Shown piece after piece: positions 37,632 to 49,275 of a stretch of DNA of 64,000 nt. Below the pieces are notes generated by a model. It was not told the origin of the DNA. It saw nothing but the letters and a program-made list of their open reading frames with translations, and ran no database searches. The DNA is from Mobula hypostoma (Eukaryota): the NCBI RefSeq assembly GCF_963921235.1, contig NC_086101.1:2854001-2918000 (forward strand), read 5' to 3'. The translations under genes were made by a program, and so were the position numbers. Each line of letters starts with the position of its first letter. Position 1 is the stretch's first letter.

Positions 37632-39900
37632 CCTTGCTAAAATCCACCGCCTTACCTTCATCAATTTCTTTTGTTACCTCTTCAAAAAACCCAGTTAGGC
37701 TCATGAGATATGACCTTCTCTTCACAAAGCCATATTGACTATCCTTGAATAGACTGTACTTCTCCAAATGTTCGTAGATCCTATCCTCAAGAACCCTTTC
37801 CAATAGTTTGCAGACCACTGACGTAACACTCACCGGTCTATAGTTCCCAGGATTCTCCCTATTACCTTTTTTAAACAAGGGAACTACATTTGTCATTCTC
37901 CAATCTTCCAGCACCTCCCCTGCAAAGAGGATTCAAAGATCATAGCTACTGCTCCAGCGATCTCTTCTCTCACTTCCCACAGCAACCTGGGGTATATCAC
38001 ATCCGGCCCTAGGGACTATCAATCTTGATGTTTTTAAAAAGATCCAACACTTCTTCTTCCTTAATCTCCACAGGCCTGTTCTATTTCAACCTCACCCTGA
38101 TCAAGGTCCTTTTCACTTGTGAATACTGAAGCAAAGTATTTATTTAGGACCTCCCCAACCTCCTCCGCCTCCAGGCACATGTTGCCTTCTTTATCCTTTA
38201 GTGGCCCCACCTTCATTCTTGTCATCCTTCTGTTCTTCACGTACACATAGAACGCCTTGGGGTTCTCCTTAATCCTACATGCCTTCTCATGCCCCCTTCA
38301 AGCTCTCCTCAGCCCTTTCTTAAGCTTCTTCCTGGCTACCCTACATTTCTCATGAGCCCCTCCTGCTTCCTGCTTCTTATATCTAACATATGCTTCCTTC
38401 TTCCTCTTGACCAGTTGCCTCACGTGTTTCGTCAGCCATGGCTCCCTTTTCCTACCATTATTTCCTTGTCTCAGTGGGACAAACCTATCCTGAACCCAGC
38501 AAAAGTGGTCTCTGAAGTTTCTCCACATTACTTCTCTGCTTTCACCCTGAACATCTGTTTCCAATTTACTCTCGCTAGTTGCTGCCTCATCCTTCATAGT
38601 TAACCCTTCCCCAGTTAAGCACTTTCCCATTTTGTCTGTTTTTATCCTTTTCCATAGCTATGCTGAAGCTAAGGGAGTTGTGGTCACTCTCACCAAAATG
38701 CTCCCCCACCAAGCGGTCTGCCACCTGACCAGGTTTATAACCCAGAACTAAATCCAGTATGGCCTCTCCTCTCGTCGGCCGGTCCACATACTGTGTCAGG
38801 AATCCTTCTTGAACACACCTGACAAATTCAGCCCCATCTATCCCCCTTGCAGTCAGGAGGTGCCAGTCAATATGAGGGAAGTTTAAATCACCCATAACTA
38901 CAACCCTGTATTTCCTGCACCATTCTAAAATTTGCCTGCTTATCTGCTCCTCGGTGTCCTGAGGGCTATCTGGGGGCCTACAGACTACTCCCAGCACAGT
39001 GATTGATTCCTTCCTATTTCTGACTTCCACCCACACCGACTCAGTGGACACTCCCTCTGCAGCCTCCTCCCTTTCTATAGCTGTGATACTATCCCTGACC
39101 AGTAATGCTACTCCCCACTCCCCTTTTCTACCTCCCATCCTATTCCTTTTAAAACACCCAAACCCCAGTACTTGCATCAGCCAATCCTGCCCTTCCTCCA
39201 GCCAAGTTTCAGTAACGGCCGCAACGCCGTAGGTCCACGTACTGATCCATGCGTTGAAATAGATACATTTCAACCCCTCTAACTGGCTACATTTATGTTT
39301 TGTCCCCTGCCTGTCCTTCCTCACCAACTCAGAACACATAGCATCATGCCCTTGTCCTTCTACCCTAATCTCTGCACTCACATTCTGATTCCCACCCCCC
39401 CCCCGCCAAACTAGCTTAAACCCTCCCCAACAGCTCTAGCAAACCTGCCCGCCAGGATATTGGTCCCTTTCCAGTTCAGGTGCAGCCTGTCCTTTTTGTA
39501 CAGGTCAGACCTTCCCCAGAAGAGATCCCAATGATCCAAAATTCTGAACCCCTGCCCCCTGCACCAACTCTTCAGCCACACATTCATCTGCCATGACTTC
39601 CTGTTCCTACCCTCTCTGTCTCGTGGCACAGGCAGCAATCCCGAGATGGCCAGCCTTGAGGTCCTGCTTTTTAACTTCTTTCCTAACTCCCTATATTCCT
39701 CCTTCAGGACCTCATCCCTACTGCTATCTATGTCATTGGTCCCCACGTGGACCACGACATCTGGCTGCTCACCCTCTCTCCTGAGAATACCGAGAACTCG
39801 ATCCGAGATATCACAGACCCTGGCACCAGGGGGGGGCAACAGACCATCCGGGATTCTGGATCTCTCCCACAGAACCTCTTATCTGTCCCCCTAACTATCT
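37632..39900 (-). mobile_element. Older CR1 subfamily copy (esterase ORF1 end, EN, start of RT)
   Basis: HVGTNDI..LHLN in ORF 39411..39839; EN motifs in 38587..39381; ends at DFSKAF. Confidence 0.88.
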
Positions 39901-40163
39901 AAATGATGACATTTAGCCTTCCCCACTCCCTGTCCACATCCCTTTAAGCTGCAGCCAATTGAGTTTGGCCAATTCTGAGAGAGTTTCTGCTGTCAACTCC
40001 ATAACAGGCTGAGTTGTAAGGTATTTTGTAAAGATAGTGAAAACTGCATACCATAGAAAAGCAAAATCCATTCTTCAGATAGTCACGCTTACTTTGTATG
40101 TTCAGGGAGGTTCAGTAGTGTCACCGGCATCACCTTGCAACAGTACTTACAGTCAACACTGCC

Positions 40164-40172
40164 AAAGGATAT
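40164..40172 (-). promoter_or_regulatory. U12-type (minor spliceosome) 5' splice site ATATCCTTT
   Basis: Exact U12 donor consensus, at the position needed to keep the VPS52 frame. Confidence 0.93.
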
Positions 40173-40230
40173 CTTTCTTTGCTGTGTCCTCCACTCCCAT
40201 CAGATCATCCTTATCAGCCACCTCCTCGTA
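40173..40230 (-). CDS. VPS52: VPS52 internal exon, 58 nt: YEEVADKDDLMGVEDTAKK(G)
   Basis: Manual translation. Acceptor ccctcaag; followed by the U12-type donor ATATCCTTT. Confidence 0.95.
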
Positions 40231-40869
40231 CTTGAGGGAGGAAGAAGGTTAGTGAGGTTAGATTATAGACCCCAAACATCTTTGAATTTGTCAGCTAACA
40301 CCTTAACGGAAAATGCAACTGGTGGGTTCAGCCCCAAGCCCCACCTCCATCCACCCTGAACATGCATCCCACCCCAACAACAATCACCAAATAACCAACA
40401 CAGCCCCAACCCAACTCACCTACCCCACCTCAAACCCACAAATCTCCACCCCAACAGCCAGCTCCACATTAACACCAAACTATCCCATCATAAACCCTCC
40501 CACCCCAATTCACCACCAAAACCCACCCTACAATCAACCATTTCCACCCCAACACAACATGCCACCAATACCTTACCACACATCAACCCATCAACTCATT
40601 CCACTCAACACTCATCTCAATGACAACACACCACCAAATAACCCACCCCACACACAACCCATCAATTCCTCCCATCCCAACACCCAGTTCAATGCCAACA
40701 CACCACCAAATCACCCCATCAAAAACTTACCCTACACCCAATGAATCAGCCAATCCCAACCCAACTCTAACACACCACTAAGTTACCTCACCAAAAACAC
40801 AACCCACAGTCAACCCATCAACTCATTCCACCCGATATCCATCCATCGCCAACACACCAACAAAAACCC

Positions 40870-43000
40870 AGAAACCCTGACCAGATTCCAACTAGGGTCT
40901 CAAAGGAATGCAGTGCAGAACTTGCAAGTCCTCTCAGCCGCCTCTTCCAGCTATGCTTCTCGAGTGGTGTATTCCCACAACAATGGAAAATAGCATCAGT
41001 AACACCAGTACACAAGCAGGATTCCAGAGTTGATCCGACAAATTATTGCCCCATATCCTTAGTGTCATCAGCAAGGCAATGGAAGCAGCAGTTCACAAAC
41101 AAGTTCAGAACTACCTACTCCGTAACAACTTAATTTCAAGTAGGCAGTATGGATTTAGATCTGATCACAGTACAGCCGATCTCCTCACCACCTTATCTCA
41201 AACGTGGAACACCTTCGTAGACAAAGGTGGAGGAGTGTGTGTCATAGCCCTGGATATCAAAGGAGCATCTGACAAGGTCTGGCATAATGGACTCTGTGTT
41301 AAGCTGAGATCCAAAGGAATATCTGGAAAGCTGCTTAGATGGCTGCAGAGCTGCCTTCATGGACGGACCATCAAAGTTGTTATCTCTGGTCAGGCTTCTG
41401 ATTCTTCAACCATCAATGCATCTGTACCACAGGGTTCAATACTTGGACCACTTCTGTTTTCCATCTTTATTGACGACTTGGTTGATGCATGCAGTAACGA
41501 GCTATACCTGTACGCTGACGACTCCACACTATTTGCACTAATTAGAGCAGGAGAGACTAATACAGCGGCAGCAGGCCTGAATAGGGATCTTGACAGGATG
41601 AAAGCCTGGGCAGGCGACTGGAATGTCACTTTTGAGCCTACTAAGTGCAAGGCGATGGTGATGTCTAGGAAGAGGAATCCATCTAACCCTGACCTGTATT
41701 TTGGGAACTGCAAGCTGGATTTAAAGAAGGAGCTAGTAATCCTCGGTGTTAATATTGACAGCAAGTTGGTGTGAGATAAACACCTTTCCACTATTTCAAA
41801 CAAGGCTGGACAAAGGCTTGGAGCCCCGCGGAAAGTAGCATCCAAACTAGACAAAGAGGGCAGAGCCATGGTTTACAAAGCCCAGGTATGAAGTATCGGC
41901 CCAGCAGAGATTGCACTTTCTGAGGAAGCTTAAACAAGCATCACTCCCCACTAACATCTTAACTACATTCTACAGAGGCGTGGTTGAGAGTGTGCTGACC
42001 TTTTGCATCACAACCTGGTACTCCAGCTGCAGTGCTGTCGACATAAGAGCCTTGCAGAGGGTGGTTAGGGGAGCAGGGAAGGTTATTGGGGTCTCCCTAC
42101 CTTCTGTCCAAGACCTCTTTCAGAGTCGATGCCTCCAGAAGACACAATACATCATTAAAGACCCCTCACACCCTCTCCATGAACTGTTTGTTCTTCTGCC
42201 ATCAGGCAAATGTTACAGGAGCATCAAAACTAAAACCACAAGGCTACTAAACAGCTTCCTCCCACAGGCAGTCAGACTATTTAATAGCTGCTCTACCTGA
42301 CTCTGCTTTGGACACGTTTAACTTGCACTGGACACTTATAACTGATTTAACTGACATGTGGCTGTTGCGTTTTACTATTTATTGTTATGTTTATGATTTA
42401 GTGTTGCGTATGTTATGTTATGATTGCACTGCCCCTGAGGAATGCTGTCTCATTCTGCCCTGCAGAGCTGATGTACGGTTAGAATGACAATAAAGTTTTT
42501 TGAATCTTGAATCTTGAATCATGGAGTATGCCTGCTTATCCTCACAGATGAATGCCTCACAGAGTGTCCTCAGCCAGCTTGATTCCATTCAAAGAAAGGC
42601 TCCCAGGATTGTAGGTGTAGATGAAGCCACAGCTCGTGAGAAGCTAGCCAGCAGTAGCTTACACCACAGATAACAGGTTGCCGCAGCTACTGTGCTAAAC
42701 GAAATGCCCACCAGCCACAGCCCTGCAGACCTTCGCGCCATGCTGCCTTCATCTTATGAGAGACGGTGCACCACACGATCAGGTTTATCTATGCCTGTTC
42801 ATGCTGTTTCTATGCCTGATGCAAGAACCTACACACTGGATAGAAGCTTCCTTCACTGTGCATTCAGAATTTGGAACAGCCTTCCAGATGCTGTGGTTGG
42901 AAACATCTGCGACGATGGGGTCCAAGCCTTCAAGAGGCGAGTGCACAAACACCTATCTCTGGGAGGGAAGTCACATGTTTCTTCATAAGCTATCATGAAG
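40870..43000 (+). mobile_element. CR1/L2-group LINE RT fragment of a different family, interrupted by a Rex1-like insertion
   Basis: QYGFRSDHST, SVPQGSILGPLLF and LYADD in ORF 41046..41774; the frame resumes at MEYAC at 42521. Confidence 0.8.
41898..42520 (+). mobile_element. Rex1/Babar-like 3' fragment with (TTGAATC)n tail
   Basis: HFLRKLKQ...FYRGVVESVLTFCIT.WY...LLPSGK in ORF 41911..42300. Confidence 0.82.
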
Positions 43001-43867
43001 GGGACCAGGATGGCAATGCTTGGTTGTTGGTAGGTAGGGTTAATACCTGACTTTCAAGAGCACTTGTGAGTTATGTTCCAGCTGGACTTAGTCCTTAAAC
43101 TGCTGGAGAACAGTGCAGAAAGAACAGATGCTGTCTTCTCCCGGTAAGGATTAGTTTTTAGTTCCAAGTGCTCCCGCCACGTTTTGTCACCCTGCAACCT
43201 TATCCTTCAATCTCTTCGAGTTATGGAGGACAGCATGTGTATAAATGTCTCTCTCTAGCAGACTTCATCATGATCATCATGACTTCAGTATTTCTACTAT
43301 CTTTTAATGTTTCTTAATGGTACATATGATTATTTTGTGTTCTATCGCTGAGCAGCAGTGAACCATCTGATTGGCCTATCAGTTCTCTCTAGGAGCTAAT
43401 TGACTTGATCAGCATTTCAGATCTGGCTATTGTTCACGATTGCACTTAATAAAAAAAAACTCTCCTACCCCAACACGTACCTCAACGCCAACAAACCACC
43501 AAACAACACAACCTACCTAAAGCCCACCCTGAAACCCACCTCAATGCAAACACACCAAATTACACCACCCGACCAAAAACTCACCTCAGACTCAACCCAC
43601 CAACCCCTCCCACCTCAATGACAACATACCAAATTACCCAACCCCACTCAACACATAAACTCTGACTGCAGCATCCACCTCAATGCCAACATCCACTCCT
43701 CACCTTACCCAACCCATCAACCCTTTTCACTTCAATACCCATCTTCACACCAACACCCATCCAACCATGCCATACACAACCGATCCAATCAACTTCCACC
43801 CCCTCGACAACCCCCACCCTTAACCCTTCCCCCACCTATATCCTCCCTGGACTGTGAGGTCTCTGAC

Positions 43868-44000
43868 CTGCACTTTCATCAGGCGGCTGCTGTACGATTT
43901 GAAGTAGGATAGGTACATCTTGCTCATGGTGTCGACGTACTCATCCCGAATCTCCTTCGCCACATGCCGCTCATTCGCCAGCAGAAACTGGTAGAAGAAC
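43868..44000 (-). CDS. VPS52: VPS52 internal exon, 133 nt: FFYQFLLANERHVAKEIRDEYVDTMSKMYLSYFKSYSSRLMKVQ
   Basis: Manual translation. Acceptor ctgctag, donor CAG|GTCAGA. Phase fits the preceding exon (AG+G = Arg). Confidence 0.96.
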
Positions 44001-44189
44001 CTAGCAGGGAGACCAGAGCACCTCAGTCAGGGCAGAGGACGGTGGGGGGGGGGGGACGGGGGGGCAGAGAAAAGAAGGGCACTTTCCTTAGGTCTTAAGA
44101 AGAAAATCTGAGTGAGCTAGGACTTTTCTCTTTGGAGTGAAAGAGGATGAGAGGTGACTTGACAGCGGTGTACAGGATCCATCACGCTG

Positions 44190-45180
44190 AGCACTGGTGC
44201 CCTCCAGGGTTGAGTTCATGCTACTGACTCACAACTGCACTGTCAGAAATAAACCAAACCGTATCATCCAGTTCACCATTGATACAACAGTGACTGGCTT
44301 CATCAGCTGCAATGATAAGTCAGCATACAAAGAGGCGGGAGAGAGGCTTGTTAAATGGTGCAAGAATAATAGCTCGAGCCTCATTGTGGACAAGACAAAA
44401 GAGGTGATTATGGACTTCAGGAAGGCACAGGTTAACCACCCTCCATTGCACATCAATGACCCTGCTGTAGAGAGAGTGAAGGGTACAAAGTTCTTCAGTG
44501 TGCACATAATGGATGATCTAACCTAGGCCCACAACACATTCTCATTAATCAGGAAGGCTCAGTAGCATCTGCACTTTGAGGAGAGGTGTGGAAGGTCCGC
44601 TACTCCCATTCTAACAAATTTCTACAGGTGCACCACCAAAAGAGTCCTGTCTGGCTGCATCATTGTGTGGTAAAGAAGCAGCAAGGCATCAGACGCAAGA
44701 CCTTGCAGAGGATAGTAAATACCACTTAGAGGATCACTGGGGACTTGCTTCTCCCATTTGTGACATTTACCAGGAGCATTGCAGATGAAGGCCCCAAAGC
44801 ATTTTTGAGGATCACCTCCCATCCCACAATCTCTTTGACCCACCACAATCAGGAAGAAGATACGGGAGGAGCATCAGGACTATGATTGCCACGCTGGGTA
44901 ACAGCTTCTTCTCTCAGGCTGTGAGACTAATAAACACCCTGCCACCTACGAGTCACGTCACTAGAACAGCGAACTATCTAATGCTTACTGTACTGTTTAC
45001 TGTTTCCATGTGCTGCACTTACATGCATTTTGAACTCTATTTTAATTAAATTATTTGTGATAATATTTTGTTATAAGTGCTGTGTGTGATAGATGTTTTG
45101 TGGGTGCCCTGTGGTCCGAAGGAACGTTGATTCATTGTTTGCATATATACACAATCAGATGACAATAAACATGAACTGGA
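44190..45180 (+). mobile_element. Degenerate Rex1/Babar-like fragment
   Basis: ORF 44197..44526: LVKWC.NN...KTKEVIMDFRK...VERV. Confidence 0.7.
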
Positions 45181-47359
45181 GGAGGCATAGATGGTGTGAA
45201 TAGCCTGTGCCTTTTTCCCAGAGTGCAAATGGCTAATTGGAGGGGAATATAACTTTAAGGAGATTGGAGGACAGTTTAGGGGGATGACAGAGGTAGGAGG
45301 ATTTTTTGTACACAGAGTGCGGTGGGTGTATGGAAAGCGTTGCCGGGGTGGCAGTAGAGGTAGGTACATTAGGGGCATTTAAAAGACTTGGATAGACACA
45401 TGGACTATAAAAAAATGAAGGGTTCTGAAGGGAGGGAAGGGTTAGATTAAAGTGTTAGCACAATATCATGGGTCGAAAGACATGTTCAGTGCTGTGGTGT
45501 TCTATGTTCAATGACACGGGACAGTGAGGACTAGGTCAGAGTCAAGAAAGGAGAGTGAAGTGAGTCAGATTTCTCAGCAGACACAGGCAACAGACAGGCT
45601 AAGATCGGTCAGCTTCTGTGCCAGTGACTAGTCAACTATGAGGGGAGTTGGGTGATGCGGACTATCCCACTCTAACTATGGCATATCTGGAGTATTGCAT
45701 ATAGTTCTGGTCAACCCATTATAGGAGGGATGATGAGGCTTTAGAGAGGGTGCAGAAGGCAGGTTTACCAGGATGCCGCCTGGATTATAGGGCATGTGCT
45801 CTCTCAAAAGGCGAGATAAATGGGTTGTTTTCTCTGGAGCAGCGGAAGACGAGGGGAAATCTGATAGAAATATGCGGCCCAAAACAGTTGACAATACTCC
45901 GTGCGGCCTGACTAGTGTCTTATAAAGGCTCAGCATTATCTCCTTGCTTTTGTATTCTATTCCCCTTGAAATAAATGCCAACATTGCATTTGCCTTCTTT
46001 ACCACAGACTCAGCCTGTAAATTAACCTTCCAGGAGTCTTGCATGTGGTCTCCTAAGTTCCTCTGTACCTCTGATGTTTGAACCGTCTCCCCATTTAGAT
46101 AATAGTCTGCACTATTGTTCCTTTTACCAAAATGAATTACCATACATTTCCCAACACTTGCATTCCACCTGCTGCTTTTTTTGCCCGTTCTTCTTGCGCA
46201 TTCTTCCAATTTGTCCAAGTTCTACGGCAATCTCATTGCTTCTTCAGCACTATCTACCCCTACACCCATCTTTGTATCATCCACAAACTTTACCATAAAG
46301 CCATCAATTCAACTCAGCCTGCACATTAATCTTCAGGCAATCCTGCACGGGGAGTCCCTTTGCCTCTCAGATTTTTGAATTTTCTCTCCATTTAGAAAAT
46401 AGTCTACGCTTTTATTTCTTCTACCAAAGTCACGACTATACACTTGGTGATACTATATTTCATCTGCTACTTCTTTGCTCATTCTCTTAATCTCTGAAAG
46501 AAACTGCAGACGGTTGTAAATCGGGTACTAGCCTACAAAGTACCCAGGACATCTTCAGGGAGCGGTGTCTCAGAAAGGCAGCGTCCATTATTAAGGACCT
46601 CCAGCACCCAGGGCATGCCCTTTTCTCACTGTTACCATCAGGTAGGAGGTACAGAGCCCAGAAGGCACACACTCAGCGATTCAAGAACTGCTTCTTCCCC
46701 GTCGCCATCCAATTCCTAAATGCACATTGAACCCTTGGACACTACCTCACTTTTTTTAATAGACAGTATTTCTCGTTTTGCTCATTTTTAGAATCTATTC
46801 AATATACGTATACTGTAATTGATTTCAAAAATTTTATTTGTTATTATTTTTTCTTCTATATTATATATTGCTTGAACTGCTGCTGTTAAGTTAACAAATT
46901 TCATGTCACATGCTGGTGATGATAAACCTGATTCTGATCTGTCTAAATCCTTTTGCAGACACTCTGCTTCCTCAACACTACTTGCCCCTCTACACTTCCT
47001 CTGATCTAAACGGATGTCTCTCTTGTCTGAGGCTGTGCCGTCTGGTCTCAGACCCCCCACTACTGGGTGCAGTGCAGACAATAAGGTGCAAGGGCTTTGA
47101 CAAGGCTCCATATTATCATATAAAGAACTGTACAATAATCTTATAACAGCAGGGTGGAAGCTGTTCTTGAGACTGGTGGCGTATGCCTTCAGCTTTTTGT
47201 ATCTTCTGCCCGATGGGAGAGAGGAGGAGAGAGAATGTCTGCGGTGGATGCAGCCTTTGATTATTCTGACGGCTTTACTGAAGCAGTGGGCAGTGCAGAC
47301 CAAGCCATGGAGGAGAGGCTAGCCTACATGATGGAAAAGAACACATCAATCAGAAATAG

Positions 47360-47943
47360 TCTCCCCTGTACATCAGCAGTGAATTTGGGAAGCAGAGGAA
47401 TGTACCTCCCCTGTACATCGGCAGTGAATTTGGGAATTTACCAGGTATGTATCTCACCTGTACATAGCAGTATGTTTGGGAACTGGGCAGGAACATATCT
47501 CACTTGTACATTGGCAGTGTGTTTGGGAATTGGGCAGGACCATATCTCACCTGTACATCAGCAGTGTGTTTGGCAACTGGAGAAGTACGTATCTCACCTG
47601 TACCTCAGCAGTGCATTTGGGAATTGGACAAGTATGTATCTCACCTGTACATCAGCAGTGTATTTGGTAATTGGACAGGAACATATCTCACCTGTACATC
47701 AGCAGTGTATTTGGGAATTGGACAGGAACATATCTCACCTGTACATCAGCAGTGTATTTGGGAATTAGACAGGAACATATCTCACCTGTAGATCAGCAGT
47801 GTGTTTGGCAATTGGGCAGGAATATATCTCACTTGTACATTGGCAGTGTGTTTGGGAATTGGACAGGAACATCTCTCACCTGTAGATCAGTGTTTCTGGG
47901 AATTGGACAGGAATGTATCTCACCTGTACTTCAGCAGTGCATT
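47360..47943. repeat. 47-bp minisatellite (about 12 copies) overlapping the 3' end and donor of exon 47924-48024
   Basis: Unit atctcacctgtacatcagcagtgtatttgggaattggacaggaacat; the last unit is the real exon/intron junction. Confidence 0.93.
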
Positions 47944-48024
47944 CTGTGGAACCTGGTAGTTTGTCATTGGCTTGCGGAACGAGTAGATCTTCTGGAGAAT
48001 AAATTCCCGGATTTTCGAAACTGC
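47924..48024 (-). CDS. VPS52: VPS52 internal exon, 101 nt: AVSKIREFILQKIYSFRKPMTNYQVPQNALLKY(R)
   Basis: Manual translation closely matches recalled vertebrate VPS52 (AVTKIREFILQKIYSFRKPMTNYQIPQ). Acceptor ttgtccag, donor AG|GTGAGA. Not called in this frame by the ORF track. Confidence 0.95.
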
Positions 48025-48552
48025 CTGGACAAGAGGATCTGCAATCATTACCCTTTCCAGCCAACAGCAGGACCCTTACACTTCACCAGGGAACTTAGTT
48101 GGCGACTGGGCCCATCTGAAAGGTCTAATACCATGCTCTAACCCCACTTCCTGTGTTTCCAAACACCTGCCAATCCATTTTCTGTATTTCCCAACTGCTA
48201 TTCTGCCCACACTGTCTCACTGACCAGATAAATCAACAATTATGATCAAGGACCCCCACCATCCAGGCCAAGCTCTCTTCTCGTTACTACCATTGGGTAG
48301 TATGTACAGGAACCTTTGGTCCCACCAGATTCGGTACATTATTACCCTACCACCATCAGATTTGAACCAGTGTGGATAACTTCATTCACCTTCACTCTGA
48401 AATGATTCTACAGCTCATGTTCTCAGTATTATTTTATATTTGCACACTTTGTCTTCTTCTGCACATTGGTTGTGGTCACTGTTTATTTATGTAAACACAC
48501 ACAAAATGCTGGAGGAACTCAGCAGGTCAGGCTGTATCTATGGAAAAGAGTA

Positions 48553-48590
48553 CAGTCGACGTTTCAGGCTGAAACCCTTTATCAAGACTG
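48553..48590 (-). ncRNA. Minimal type I hammerhead ribozyme-like motif (Penelope-associated), U3-A8 core variant
   Basis: Minus strand reads CAGTC-TTGATAA-AGG GTTTCAG CCT-GAAAC GTC-GACTG: 5-6 bp stem I, 3 bp stem II, palindromic ACGT stem III, GUC cleavage triplet. Activity unproven. Confidence 0.55.
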
Positions 48591-49039
48591 TTGGATGGTA
48601 TATAGTAAATTTACTTTGTCTTTAAGTGGGTTATTCCATCTTGGAGGAATCTAGCACAGGGGGAAAAATTAAACATTTGAGTGAAAGATGAAAGTTAAGC
48701 AACTCTTACCCAACAGAGAGGCTTAGTAGCAACTGAATCAGGTCAGTGGTTAACTTCAGATCTCAGATATCAAGGGATATGCTCAAAGTAGGTCAGGGAT
48801 TATCCATGATCTTACCAAGCCGAAGGGCTGAAAGGCTTTCAAAGTTGAAAGTTCAAATTTATTTTCAAATTATCTACTTCAGATACAACCTTGAGATTCA
48901 TCTTTTTCTCAGCCACTCAGAAAGCGAAGAAACACAACGGAACTCACTAGAAAGCACACACAGCAAGGCTCCCACATTTCCAATTCGCAAATAAGGATAA
49001 ACTGTGCAAATAGTGAAAGAAAGTAATGCAAAACACATG

Positions 49040-49275
49040 ACTGAGGTACAGAGCAGAACAGGCCCTTCTGGCTCTGCAAGCCACACCACCCAACAACCAC
49101 CTACTTAACCTCAGGACAACTCCGATGATCGATTAACCGACTAACCTACAGGTACTTGGGCTGTGGGAGGAAACCAGGGCAGCCGGAGAAAACCCACGTG
49201 GTCATACAGACAGCGGCAGATATTGAACCCAGGTCGCTGGTACTGTAAAGCATTGTAACGTACTGCTGCTACAAA
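49040..49275 (-). mobile_element. V-SINE/HE1-like SINE remnant
   Basis: ctgtgggaggaaaccagggcagccggagaaaacccacg core, plus a B-box-like ggttcaa on the minus strand. Confidence 0.55.

Noticed and set aside
40313..40744. 143-aa Pro/Asn/Thr/His-rich mucin-like ORF
   Set aside because: Explained by low-complexity C/A composition; it is antisense within an intron and has no other support.
47154..48141. Plus-strand repetitive ORFs (up to 204 aa)
   Set aside because: Antisense read-through of the 47-bp minisatellite and a Rex1-like remnant.
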